Shown here piece after piece: positions 1 to 8,686 of a stretch of 17,534 nucleotides of DNA (its first letter is position 1; the number at the start of each line of letters is the position of its first letter). The stretch covers positions 1 to 17,534 of the forward strand of contig JAYKGY010000100.1 of assembly GCA_035285545.1 (NCBI GenBank), read 5' to 3'. The DNA is from Snowella sp. GTDB lineage: Bacteria; Cyanobacteriota; Cyanobacteriia; Cyanobacteriales; Microcystaceae. The notes under the pieces are model-generated. The model made no database searches. It saw only the letters and a program-made list of their open reading frames with translations, and was not told the origin of the DNA. The position numbers were made by a program, and so were the translations under genes.

Positions 1-124
1 TAGCGCCTGGACGTTTTAAGGATTTTTGGTTAGATTGAAACGTCAAAAATTTCTCTGAAACCTTTGCCAGCACTTGAATCTGGCTTTTGAGTGGCACTTC
101 GTTGCAGCTTCGCTACCTTTACCC

Positions 125-631
125 CTATTGAGCGTTATCAGGAGAACTGAGGAAAAACTTACCAATCCATCCTTGACCAAACTTCTTTTCGATTTCCGAT
201 AGAATACTGTAAATAAAAAAGACAACACCGATAGAAAGATGGGTGGCGATAAAAGAATTTAAATTTTTGCTGGCAATAAAAATTTCAAAGGCTTCTTTCC
301 ATTGATGGCTTTCCGAATAAGCATGAATTAGCCCCTCGACTACGCCAAATAGCACCACACCCAGGCTATAAATTAAGGTTTTATACAACAAATGGATATA
401 ACGCGGAAACCTTTCGCACCAATTAATTAAAGGTGTTTTATCTAAAATTAAAACCGCTTTTGCTGCGATTAATCCCCCAATAACTACTTTAGAAATCCCA
501 TAAATATCAATGGCATAGGTTTTCAAAAATAGATCCAAAATAATAAAAATATAGGAAAAGCAGATAATAAAAAAGAAAGATAAAATCCAAACTTTTTTGA
601 TTTCTTCAATCAACCAATGAATCACTTTCAT
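125..631 (-). CDS. Hypothetical integral membrane protein (168 aa, about 4 TM helices)
   Basis: Open 168-aa ORF with ATG start and four hydrophobic stretches (WILSFFFIICFSYIFIIL, VVIGGLIAAKAVLIL, TLIYSLGVVLFGVV, FIATHLSIGVVFFIYSIL); no functional motif recognised. Confidence 0.75.
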   Translation of the reverse strand: MKVIHWLIEEIKKVWILSFFFIICFSYIFIILDLFLKTYAIDIYGISKVVIGGLIAAKAVLILDKTPLINWCERFPRYIHLLYKTLIYSLGVVLFGVVEGLIHAYSESHQWKEAFEIFIASKNLNSFIATHLSIGVVFFIYSILSEIEKKFGQGWIGKFFLSSPDNAQ

Positions 632-811
632 GCTTTCAACAAATAAAATTTAAACCCAGGGAGATTAGAGATAATATAGCTTTTTTAACTAATGCTGACA
701 AGTTTGACCAAAATGAGTGATTTTCAACTCTCTATTGGCCAGTGAAAATAATTCTAATGATCTAAAAATAGTTTCTCAATAAGTCAACTTAATTAAAAAA
801 AGATTTTACAG

Positions 812-882
812 CTAAGGAAATAATAGTATTATGCCCCTACACGAATGTTTTCCGTAGGGATTTAACACTGTTAAAGCCTTTT
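812..882. repeat. Two degenerate GTAG-type REP-like palindromes in tandem
   Basis: Copy 1: ATAATA-g-TATTAT-GCCCCTAC (820-840). Copy 2: GTAGGGA-TTTAACA-c-TGTTAAA-GCCTT (854-880). Both fit the GTAGGG..inverted repeat..CCCTAC layout of cyanobacterial REP elements. Confidence 0.55.
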
Positions 883-916
883 GACGTTTTATTTGGTTGC
901 CTTACTTAATAAACCA

Positions 917-1654
917 CTAGAGAGGATCTAATAAATCAAAAATACGCACTTTCATTTCTTCAATTTGGGTCATGGGATCAACCCCCATCGGACAACTAAT
1001 ATTGCACATCCGACAGCCATTACAACCCCAAACGCCTGTTTTGCCTTCGCTGTGTTGCTGGAGTCGAGTATCAGTGGCACTATCGCGGGAGTCCTGAATT
1101 AAACGGTAGGCTTTGGCTAAAGCATGGGGCCCAACAAATTCCGCATTTTTTCCCTTCGCATCGCAATCGGAATAACAGGCTCCACACAGAATACAGTTAG
1201 CAGTTTTATTTAAAAGTTTCCGTTCGGCGGGGGACTGGAGTTGTTCTCGTTCGGATTTTTGGGCATTTTCCGTCAGAACATAAGGCGTAACCGATTCTAA
1301 ATCCTGCCAAAAGTTCGCCATATCCACGACTAAATCCTTGATAACGGGCATATTCCCTAAAGGTTTAATCGTTAACTCATGATTATTTTCTTGATTGCTT
1401 TCTTTGAGCCAAGCAAAAATCGTGCCGATACTTTCTTTACAGGCTAAAAAAGGACGCTCGTTGATCCGAACCGCACAACTTCCACAAATGGCATTCCGAC
1501 AATTTTTCCGAAAGGCTAAGCTTCCATCCTGTTCCCATTTGATCCGATTTAAGCAATCAAGAATCGTAGTATTTAATTCAACCTCTAGCGCATATTGCTG
1601 AAAGGTTGGCTCCGTTCTAGGTTGTTGACGAAAAACGTTAAATTTGACTTGCAT
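917..1654 (-). CDS. sdhB: Succinate dehydrogenase/fumarate reductase iron-sulfur subunit (short 245-aa cyanobacterial type)
   Basis: 2Fe-2S motif FRKNCRNAICGSC...LAC, second cluster CILCGACYSDC, third cluster WGCNGCRMCNISCP, DLVVD motif; GGAGG SD about 11 nt upstream. Confidence 0.95.
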   Translation of the reverse strand: MQVKFNVFRQQPRTEPTFQQYALEVELNTTILDCLNRIKWEQDGSLAFRKNCRNAICGSCAVRINERPFLACKESIGTIFAWLKESNQENNHELTIKPLGNMPVIKDLVVDMANFWQDLESVTPYVLTENAQKSEREQLQSPAERKLLNKTANCILCGACYSDCDAKGKNAEFVGPHALAKAYRLIQDSRDSATDTRLQQHSEGKTGVWGCNGCRMCNISCPMGVDPMTQIEEMKVRIFDLLDPL

Positions 1655-1682
1655 CGGGATTTTTCCCTCCTGCTAATAGGAA

Positions 1683-2828
1683 TCAAGGTTTTAAGACCTT
1701 TTGGAGCGCACCCAGTAACAGGAGAACTTTTTCAGGATGGCTATTGTAGCCCATTAGTCCAATGCGCCAGACTTTACCCGCTAATTCTCCGAGTCCGAGT
1801 CCGATTTCAATATTGTATTCGGTGCGTAATTTGGCCGCGATCGCCTTGGCATCCACTCCATCAGGAACCCGAACAGTGGTTAAGGTGGGTAAACGGAAAG
1901 CTTTATCCACATGGCAGACTAACCCTAACGCTTCCAAGCCTGACCAGAGGAGTTCCGCATTGTCTTGATGGCGTTTCCAACTATTTTCGATGCCTTCTTC
2001 TGCGAGTAAATATAAGGCTTCCCGTAGGGCATAGTTCATATTAATGGGAGCCGTGTGGTGATAGGTGCGCTCATTTCCCCAATAACGACTTAATAGGGAC
2101 ATATCTAAATACCAGTTGGCTACGACGGTACGGCGATTGTGCATTTTTTCGACCGCACGGGGACTCATGGTAAAGGGGCCAATCCCTGGCGGACATCCCA
2201 ATCCTTTTTGGCTGCAACTATAGGATAAATCGATGCCCCACTTATCGAGGAAAATGGGAACGGCTCCTAAACTGGTGACGGTATCGACTAACAATAAACA
2301 GTTATGCTCCCGACAAACTTCCCCTAGCCCTTCCAAGGGTTGACGCACGCCCGTCGAGGTTTCTGCATGAACGATCGCGAGAATAGCGGGTTTATGGATC
2401 TTGACCGCTTCGGTTAATTCTTCGAGGGTAAAAGCTTCTCCCCAGATTTTGGTGATCTTGCGAACATCGGCTCCGTAACGTCCTGCCATATCTACCAGAC
2501 GATTGCCAAAATAGCCCTTGACCGCAACCAGTACCACATCCCCTGGTTCTACCGTATTGGCCAAGGTGGCTTCCATTGCCGCACTCCCCGTTCCACTAAT
2601 AGGAATGGTCATTTGATTTTCCGTTTGCCAAACGTATCGCAGTAAGCCTTGGGATTCATTCATCAATTGCAGAAAATCGGGATCGAGATGTCCCAGAGGG
2701 GGCAAACTCATGGCAGCGAGAATACGGGGATTGGCATTAGAGGGGCCTGGCCCAAACAACCAACGTCCAGAAATTTCTACCTTACTGGCGGGAAAGCGAT
2801 CGCGTTCATTAATTACAAAATTCGTCAT
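1683..2828 (-). CDS. Alanine-glyoxylate / serine-pyruvate aminotransferase (class V PLP enzyme)
   Basis: GPGPSN, GHLDPDF, SGTGSAAME, VHAETSTGV, DTVTSLG, PLP-lysine motif SQKG, YHHTAP, WRIGLMG. Confidence 0.93.
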   Translation of the reverse strand: MTNFVINERDRFPASKVEISGRWLFGPGPSNANPRILAAMSLPPLGHLDPDFLQLMNESQGLLRYVWQTENQMTIPISGTGSAAMEATLANTVEPGDVVLVAVKGYFGNRLVDMAGRYGADVRKITKIWGEAFTLEELTEAVKIHKPAILAIVHAETSTGVRQPLEGLGEVCREHNCLLLVDTVTSLGAVPIFLDKWGIDLSYSCSQKGLGCPPGIGPFTMSPRAVEKMHNRRTVVANWYLDMSLLSRYWGNERTYHHTAPINMNYALREALYLLAEEGIENSWKRHQDNAELLWSGLEALGLVCHVDKAFRLPTLTTVRVPDGVDAKAIAAKLRTEYNIEIGLGLGELAGKVWRIGLMGYNSHPEKVLLLLGALQKVLKP

Positions 2829-2884
2829 AGGGAGGAGCTAATCAAGACCAACCCTATTATCCCATGCAGGCAATCATCACGATA

Positions 2885-3511
2885 TTAAAATTGAACAACT
2901 CGACTAATACGACGTAAGACTTGCAAGGCTAGGCTTAAATCCGATTGAGAAAATAAAGGCGAAAATACCCGCGAAAAAGCGTAATGATTATCCTGGATTT
3001 TGATAAACAAAATATCATCCCCATTCGTTAACATTCCAAAAGTGGGGCGATTAAGTTCAGGATTAGCCTGTAAATACGCTAACGCTTGAGGAACCGCACT
3101 CCATACTGAGAGCATTGTTTTTTTTGATTCTAAAACCATGACCCAAAGCCGATCGAGTAAGATTAAAACGTCAATGCGACCTTGTAGAACGTCTTCGCTG
3201 TCCGATACCGTTAAGCGTACCGATTCTTCTGCCTTAATTCGAAAAGGGGGGTCATAAAAACCTGCTACTGTTAGTAACGGAGAAACCAATAGCAGCATTA
3301 CGGTACTTTCTAATAAATGTCCCTCTGAACGGTGATAAAGATAGCGATTCCAAAGCGTTTCTAAGTTAACTTGATCGGTTTGGGAAATGTCAGGAAGTGA
3401 GCTAACCCATTCAGTGAAAAAATCGGCCAACTCCGCACGGCTCAACCCCAAACGCTTTTCAGCTTCAGAAATTGTTGTAATTGTTTCGGAAATTGCGAGT
3501 TGTGCCATCAT
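2885..3511 (-). CDS. Stand-alone HsdR-N-like PD-(D/E)xK nuclease-fold protein (cyanobacterial family often annotated as type I restriction enzyme R subunit)
   Basis: LLVSPLLTVAGFY, GRIDVLIL...VLESK (D...ExK), PQALAY and GMLTNG motifs; only 208 aa, no helicase domain, no hsdM/hsdS in the window. Confidence 0.75.
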   Translation of the reverse strand: MMAQLAISETITTISEAEKRLGLSRAELADFFTEWVSSLPDISQTDQVNLETLWNRYLYHRSEGHLLESTVMLLLVSPLLTVAGFYDPPFRIKAEESVRLTVSDSEDVLQGRIDVLILLDRLWVMVLESKKTMLSVWSAVPQALAYLQANPELNRPTFGMLTNGDDILFIKIQDNHYAFSRVFSPLFSQSDLSLALQVLRRISRVVQF

Positions 3512-3537
3512 TTTAGTATCGAGACTAAACCTATTTT

Positions 3538-5781
3538 ATGTCCTATCCTCTTCATGTTGCGTTCATTTGGCATCAGCATCAGCCCCTTTATAAGTCTAAT
3601 AAATTGCTAGGTAATGAGACGGGCAATTATCGACTGCCTTGGGCACGGTTACACGGAACTAAAGATTATTTGGATTTAGTTTTGTTGCTAGAGCGTTATC
3701 CTCAGTTGCACCAAACTGTTAATCTTGTGCCGTCTTTAATTTTGCAGTTGGAAGATTATGCCACCGGCAGGGCGATCGATCCCTATTTAGCTTTAACCTT
3801 GACTCCTGAAAGCCATCTGACGCTAGAACATCGGGTCAAAATTTTAGAATATTTCTTTAATGCCCATCATCGAACTTTAATTGATCCCCATCCTCGTTAT
3901 CGAGAATTGTTTGAACAACGTCAGGTAGAGGGAACGGCTTGGTGTTTAGAAAATTGGAGTTTGCAGGATTACTGTGATTTGATGGCTTGGCATAATCTGG
4001 CCTGGATTGATCCCCTGTTTTGGCAGGAAGACACCGAGTTACAGGCTTGGGGACAACAGGGACGGAATTTTTCTCTCAGCGATCGCCAACGCATCATTGC
4101 CAAACAAAGACAAATCATTGAGCGCATCATTCCCCAACATCGAAAAATGCAGGAAGCAGGGCAGATCGAAATTACCACCAGTCCCTACACTCACCCGATC
4201 TTGCCGCTATTGGCTGATACCACATCGGGTCGGGTTGCCATTCCTAAGATGAGAGTGCCTGAACCTCGTTTCTGTTGGTCGGAAGATATTGCTCGCCATC
4301 TCCAAAAAGCCAAGGCCATTTACCGCGATCGCTTTGGTTGTGAACCGAGGGGATTATGGCCCTCAGAACAGGCGGTCAGTCCTGCTATTTTGTCGGATGT
4401 AGCTCAGGCGAGATTTCAATGGTTGTGTTCCGATGAAACGGTTTTGGGATGGACACTGAAACACTTTTTCCATCGAGATGAACGGGGAAATATTACCGAA
4501 CCTGAATTGTTGTATCGGCCCTACCGCTTAGAAACTCCTGATGGGGATCTTGCCATGGTTTTTCGAGATCATCGGCTTTCGGATTTGATCGGCTTTACCT
4601 ACAGTGGGTTAGATCCCGATCTTGCTGCTAGGGATTTGATCGGCCATTTGGACGCGATCGCCCATTCTCTCCGCAAACGAGAACAGTTAATCCATCGTCA
4701 ACAGCCCTGGCTTGTGACCATTGCCTTGGACGGGGAAAATTGCTGGGAAAACTATCCGCAAGATGGCTTGCCCTTTTTAACTCGTTTGTATGACCAACTC
4801 AGTGCTACCAACCGTTTTAAACTGGTCACCGTTTCCGAATTTATTACCCAATATCCGCCTACCCACAAACTACCGAACGATAAGCTCCATACAGGTTCGT
4901 GGATTGATGGGACGTTGAAAACCTGGATCGGCGATCGCACTAAAAACAAAGCCTGGGATTACCTTATTGATGCACGGCAAGTCTTAGCCAATCATCCCGA
5001 AGCAACGGAAGAAAACAATCCTGAAGCCTGGGAAGCCCTTTATGCCGCCGAAGGTTCCGATTGGTTCTGGTGGTTTGGAGAAGGTCATACCAGTCATCAA
5101 GACGATATTTTTGATCAACTTTTCCGCGAGCATCTTTGCACCCTTTATGAATCCCTCAATGAACCGATTCCAGCTTATTTATACTATCCGCTTGAAAAAT
5201 ATCCAAAAAAAGCATTCCAGCAACCCGAAGCCTTTATTCAGCCCATCATTGACGGTATTGCCGATGAAGAAGAATGGGAAAAAGCAGGCTTAATCGAAAT
5301 TGGCGGAGCCGCAGGAACCATGCACCAAAGCAGCTTAGTTCAACGGCTTTATTACGGTTTTAATCATCAAAATTTTTACTTACGGTTAGATTTCCAAGCC
5401 GGAGTTGGCATCAATCAGGGATTACCCAACGAATTCCATCTATTTTGGTACTATCCAGGGAGTCCGCTTCCCAATAGCCCGGCCCCATTAGCGGGTTTAC
5501 CCGACGAGGAACGGCTGAATTATTATTTTCACCATCATTTAGGGATTAATCTTGCCCAGCGATCGCTTTGGTTAGCGGAGGTTGTCTCTCCTTTTGTTTG
5601 GCATCCCCGCCCTAGTCAGGCCCAAGTGGCTTTTAAAGACTGTTTAGAAATTGCGTTGCCCTGGTCGGATTTACATAAAGAACCGGATACGGTCTTGCAT
5701 TTAATGGTTATGTTGGCGGATCAAGGGGAATTTCACAGTCATTTACCGAATGATCATTTTATTACGGTACAAATTCCTTAG
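3538..5781 (+). CDS. Glycoside hydrolase family 57 (amylopullulanase-like)
   Basis: WHQHQP, LPWARLH, PYTHPILPLL, nucleophile motif GLWPSEQ, acid/base motif LDGENCWE, AEGSDWFWW. Confidence 0.93.
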   Translation: MSYPLHVAFIWHQHQPLYKSNKLLGNETGNYRLPWARLHGTKDYLDLVLLLERYPQLHQTVNLVPSLILQLEDYATGRAIDPYLALTLTPESHLTLEHRVKILEYFFNAHHRTLIDPHPRYRELFEQRQVEGTAWCLENWSLQDYCDLMAWHNLAWIDPLFWQEDTELQAWGQQGRNFSLSDRQRIIAKQRQIIERIIPQHRKMQEAGQIEITTSPYTHPILPLLADTTSGRVAIPKMRVPEPRFCWSEDIARHLQKAKAIYRDRFGCEPRGLWPSEQAVSPAILSDVAQARFQWLCSDETVLGWTLKHFFHRDERGNITEPELLYRPYRLETPDGDLAMVFRDHRLSDLIGFTYSGLDPDLAARDLIGHLDAIAHSLRKREQLIHRQQPWLVTIALDGENCWENYPQDGLPFLTRLYDQLSATNRFKLVTVSEFITQYPPTHKLPNDKLHTGSWIDGTLKTWIGDRTKNKAWDYLIDARQVLANHPEATEENNPEAWEALYAAEGSDWFWWFGEGHTSHQDDIFDQLFREHLCTLYESLNEPIPAYLYYPLEKYPKKAFQQPEAFIQPIIDGIADEEEWEKAGLIEIGGAAGTMHQSSLVQRLYYGFNHQNFYLRLDFQAGVGINQGLPNEFHLFWYYPGSPLPNSPAPLAGLPDEERLNYYFHHHLGINLAQRSLWLAEVVSPFVWHPRPSQAQVAFKDCLEIALPWSDLHKEPDTVLHLMVMLADQGEFHSHLPNDHFITVQIP

Positions 5782-5800
5782 AGAGAAGATATCAGGCAGA

Positions 5801-5915
5801 TTTGGCTTAAACTGGGCACTGTACTGTTTTTTCGGGTACTCATCTTACGCCTTGAGCTTCCTGCTTTGAGCTTACTAACTTTCTTTTTTCCGTCCAGTTT
5901 TGGGGATCCATTTCA
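5801..5915 (-). mobile_element. Truncated IS3-family left end (IRL plus frameshifted start of transposase orfA)
   Basis: Minus strand from 5915 reads TGAAATGGATCCCCAAAACTGGACG, an IS3/IS150-like terminal IR beginning TG. ATG at 5843 gives MSTRK, then after a frameshift in an A6 run QYSAQFK, matching the typical orfA start R(K)xYSxxFK. Confidence 0.65.
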
Positions 5916-5960
5916 GGGTCATCGTGACAAATCGTTTCAAGTCAAACCTCAACTCGCCGA

Positions 5961-7073
5961 TCAGTGGGGTGCATAATGATTAAGGAATAATTGCTCGACT
6001 GCTTGGAAAAGAGCCATGAAATTACCGGCTCCAAATCCTTGGGCCCGTTGCCGCCGTTCAATCAATTCTAAGAAAAAAGTGGGTTGTTCAAAAAGGGGTA
6101 GCGTGAAAATTTGCATTAATAGCGATTGAGGATTTTCTTGCGGGACATCTAATAAAATATTTAAATTTTTTAAGTGTTGCCATTCTTGCGGCGTTAAGTG
6201 GTTTTGAATTATTGAATACTGTTTTGTTTTTAAGCGTTGATAGTATTCATTGGGAATTGTAAGAAAGTTTAGATTATTCGATTTTAGAGCTTGAACCGTT
6301 TGAATAATTCGATCGGTGCTGAGGGCGATATGTTGAATGCCTGGGCCGTTATTAAAATTGAGGAAATCTTGAATTTGAGAGTTCGCTGAAGTGGGTTCAT
6401 TAATATTAAATTGCAGTTGACCACTTTTATCAATTAACGCTTCGCTGTATAGACTGGAATAATCGGTTTCAATGTTAAATAATTGCTGAATTTGTAAGTC
6501 AAAAACTGTTTTGTACCAATTGACGACTGCGCTTAGTTGGTGGCGTTCGACATTTAAAACGACATGATCAATTCCCGTGATATGAATGTTGGGATTATTA
6601 TTGAAAATGGCGGGCTGATATTCAGAATCTGGATCATTGGATAAATTTGAAGGATTTAAATCCTGTTTTAAATAATGTCTTAAATCTTCTTGTTGTTGAG
6701 CATCAATTAAAGTGTGTTCTAACCCTCCCCAGGACTTGAGCTTAATGGTTTGGATTGTAGATTGAGCAATAAATTCATTCTCTAATGTCTCGATCTTTAA
6801 AGTGGCTAACTTGTCGGTCAATAATACTAAATCTTCAATATAAAAAGCAATATCGGCAACGCCTGAGGGATGATTTTGAAGGTAAGTCGCAACAGGGCTA
6901 TTTTGATGAAGGGGTGAAGAAATCAGAAAGATAATCTCGTTAATTCCAATAATTTCTGTTTGGGTATGGGAATTACGCATTTGTCCCCATCCTTCAAATC
7001 CCATTGTCTTAATAAACCAATTCCGCGATCGCTGACTATCTTCAACGTAAAAATGAATATACGCAACTTTCAT
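5961..7073 (-). CDS. hppD: 4-hydroxyphenylpyruvate dioxygenase
   Basis: GVADIAF, IDHVVLNV, INEP..ANSQIQDFL, GPGIQHIAL, LMQIFT, FFLELIERR, GFGAGNFMALF; the Fe-binding His/His/Glu motifs are present. Confidence 0.95.
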   Translation of the reverse strand: MKVAYIHFYVEDSQRSRNWFIKTMGFEGWGQMRNSHTQTEIIGINEIIFLISSPLHQNSPVATYLQNHPSGVADIAFYIEDLVLLTDKLATLKIETLENEFIAQSTIQTIKLKSWGGLEHTLIDAQQQEDLRHYLKQDLNPSNLSNDPDSEYQPAIFNNNPNIHITGIDHVVLNVERHQLSAVVNWYKTVFDLQIQQLFNIETDYSSLYSEALIDKSGQLQFNINEPTSANSQIQDFLNFNNGPGIQHIALSTDRIIQTVQALKSNNLNFLTIPNEYYQRLKTKQYSIIQNHLTPQEWQHLKNLNILLDVPQENPQSLLMQIFTLPLFEQPTFFLELIERRQRAQGFGAGNFMALFQAVEQLFLNHYAPH

Positions 7074-7082
7074 AATCTAGAC

Positions 7083-7970
7083 TTAGCCTAAATGGGACTT
7101 GGTAGCGGTTAAAATGCCAAACCGAATTAACCCTCGACGATAGCCCCGACTCATTAACCCCAAGGACAAAGCTGCTTCGATAGTGCGTTTTCCCGATCTC
7201 AATAATCCCATTAGGGCTTCAAAACTTAGGGCAGAATCAATAACCACATCCCAAAAGGGCGCGACTGCCATCGACCAATCATCGGTTCGTAAATTCTCAA
7301 ATCCACACTCAAGCGCGATCGCTTCGTATTGCGGCAAAGCAATGACATAGGGTAAACAGTAAACCCGATAAATTTCGGCTAAATGTCGCTTTTCGTCGTC
7401 GGTTAACTCTCCGGCTAAGGAATGCGTTGGACGGTGACACCAGGTGGCCAGCATTAACGTTCCACCAGGTTGCAACACTCGATAACATTCCGCTAAAAAT
7501 TTTGTCTTATCGGGCATGTGTTCACCGCTTTCCAATGACCACACCAGATCAAATTGGTTGTCTGCAAATGGCATATTTAACGCATTGGCTACTTGGAAAT
7601 GAACCTGATTTTGTAGCCCGCGATCGCTGCTTCTTTCGGCTGCCCTCGTTGCTTGCACAGGAGACAAGGTAATTCCCGTTACGTCGGCATTATATTTTTG
7701 GGCTAAATAGAGGCTACTACCGCCAATTCCACAACCAACATCTAAAATCTTTTGTGGCTCACTTTTACTCGTACCATAGCCTGTCCAATGTAATAGTTCT
7801 TCGATAAGGTCAATTTGAGCCTGGCGACGTTCTACGTGGTAATTTCCCGATGGCCCGTAATAACCTTGGTGCATGTGTTCACCCCAGATCTGTTCCCAAA
7901 GGCCACTAGATGCATCATAGAATTGCTGAATTTGTTGGTATAAGTCATTGCTCATGCGGAATTGACCCAT
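7083..7970 (-). CDS. Gamma-tocopherol methyltransferase (VTE4/Slr0089-like); start may be the second Met at 7955
   Basis: FYDASSGLWEQIWGEHMH, SAM motif ILDVGCGIGGS, WSLESGEHMPDK, APFWDVVIDSA; its stop is 9 bp upstream of hppD on the same strand. Confidence 0.9.
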   Translation of the reverse strand: MGQFRMSNDLYQQIQQFYDASSGLWEQIWGEHMHQGYYGPSGNYHVERRQAQIDLIEELLHWTGYGTSKSEPQKILDVGCGIGGSSLYLAQKYNADVTGITLSPVQATRAAERSSDRGLQNQVHFQVANALNMPFADNQFDLVWSLESGEHMPDKTKFLAECYRVLQPGGTLMLATWCHRPTHSLAGELTDDEKRHLAEIYRVYCLPYVIALPQYEAIALECGFENLRTDDWSMAVAPFWDVVIDSALSFEALMGLLRSGKRTIEAALSLGLMSRGYRRGLIRFGILTATKSHLG

Positions 7971-8049
7971 CCTCCCTGTGTTCTTAACTTCCGTATTGTA
8001 GCGAAGACTCTAAAAGTTGACCGTTATCTCTTCCTTAAGTCTAAATGCT

Positions 8050-8415
8050 TTAAATCCCTAAGCGGTGACGAATTTCCGATTCTTTGGCGCGAAATCCGAC
8101 GAGTACCGCAGTGCCATCTTTGACGAATAAAGGACGTTTGAGAAGCATGGCATCCTGGGCAAAGGCTTCAATCCATTGGGCATCTGACCAGTTTTGTTTT
8201 TCTTCTCCTAAAGCTCGATAGGATAGACCAGAGGTGTTTCGCATCGCCTTAGTAGTGAGGCTTTTAGCCCAAGCTTCAATTTGTTGTGGGGTCGGCGGCT
8301 GTTCTTTGGTGTTGATAAATTCGTAGTTAACCCCATTCTCCTGTAACCATTGCAGGGCTTTTTTGCAGGTTCCACAATTGGGGATTCCATAAACTTGAAT
8401 AGACATTGTTACCAA
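8050..8415 (-). CDS. ArsC/Spx/MgsR (YffB-like) thioredoxin-fold protein; likely start ATG at 8406
   Basis: YGIPNCGTCKKA (CxxC), NTSGLSYR, MLLKRP and VGF motifs. Confidence 0.88.
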   Translation of the reverse strand: MVTMSIQVYGIPNCGTCKKALQWLQENGVNYEFINTKEQPPTPQQIEAWAKSLTTKAMRNTSGLSYRALGEEKQNWSDAQWIEAFAQDAMLLKRPLFVKDGTAVLVGFRAKESEIRHRLGI

Positions 8416-8686
8416 TTTAAAGTAGCGAATAGCAATTCATCATTTTAATATTTATTAAACAATGTTTGTTGGGGAAAATTGACCTTGCCTTTCTTGAATA
8501 GCCTACTTTGGTGTAATTACATCATTCCCGATTTTTTAAAAGCTGATGGGTAACGAATGAGAACAAAAATTATTAAAAAAAGAAACCCTAGCAACATTAG
8601 CAGAGATGTTTGCCTAGTAATTATTTTTTAGGGTTGTCTTTCTCTTGACTAAAGTTTTTGGTTCTCTTGGATCTGTCAGGATAACG

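Noticed and set aside
1..124. Short inverted repeats (GACGTTT/AAACGTC, GCCAG/CTGGC) and a CTGAAACCTTTG...TTCGTTGC stretch loosely resembling cyanobacterial CRISPR-leader or mobile-element ends
   Set aside because: No repeat-spacer array, cas gene or transposase in the window; it cannot be supported without the sequence to the left.
1395..2888. Plus-strand ORFs 1395-1601, 1595-2044, 1762-1968 and 2649-2888
   Set aside because: Antisense shadows of sdhB and the aminotransferase, with no recognisable motifs.
3387..5293. Short ORFs overlapping the HsdR-N-like gene and GH57
   Set aside because: Alternative-frame or antisense ORFs inside well-supported genes.
5782..5960. Possible tRNA, group I intron or sRNA in the GH57-hppD gap
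   Set aside because: No cloverleaf or intron core; better explained as an IS3 end.
5961..7970. hppD plus gamma-tocopherol methyltransferase as a novel cluster
   Set aside because: The same adjacency is known from Synechocystis (slr0089-slr0090).
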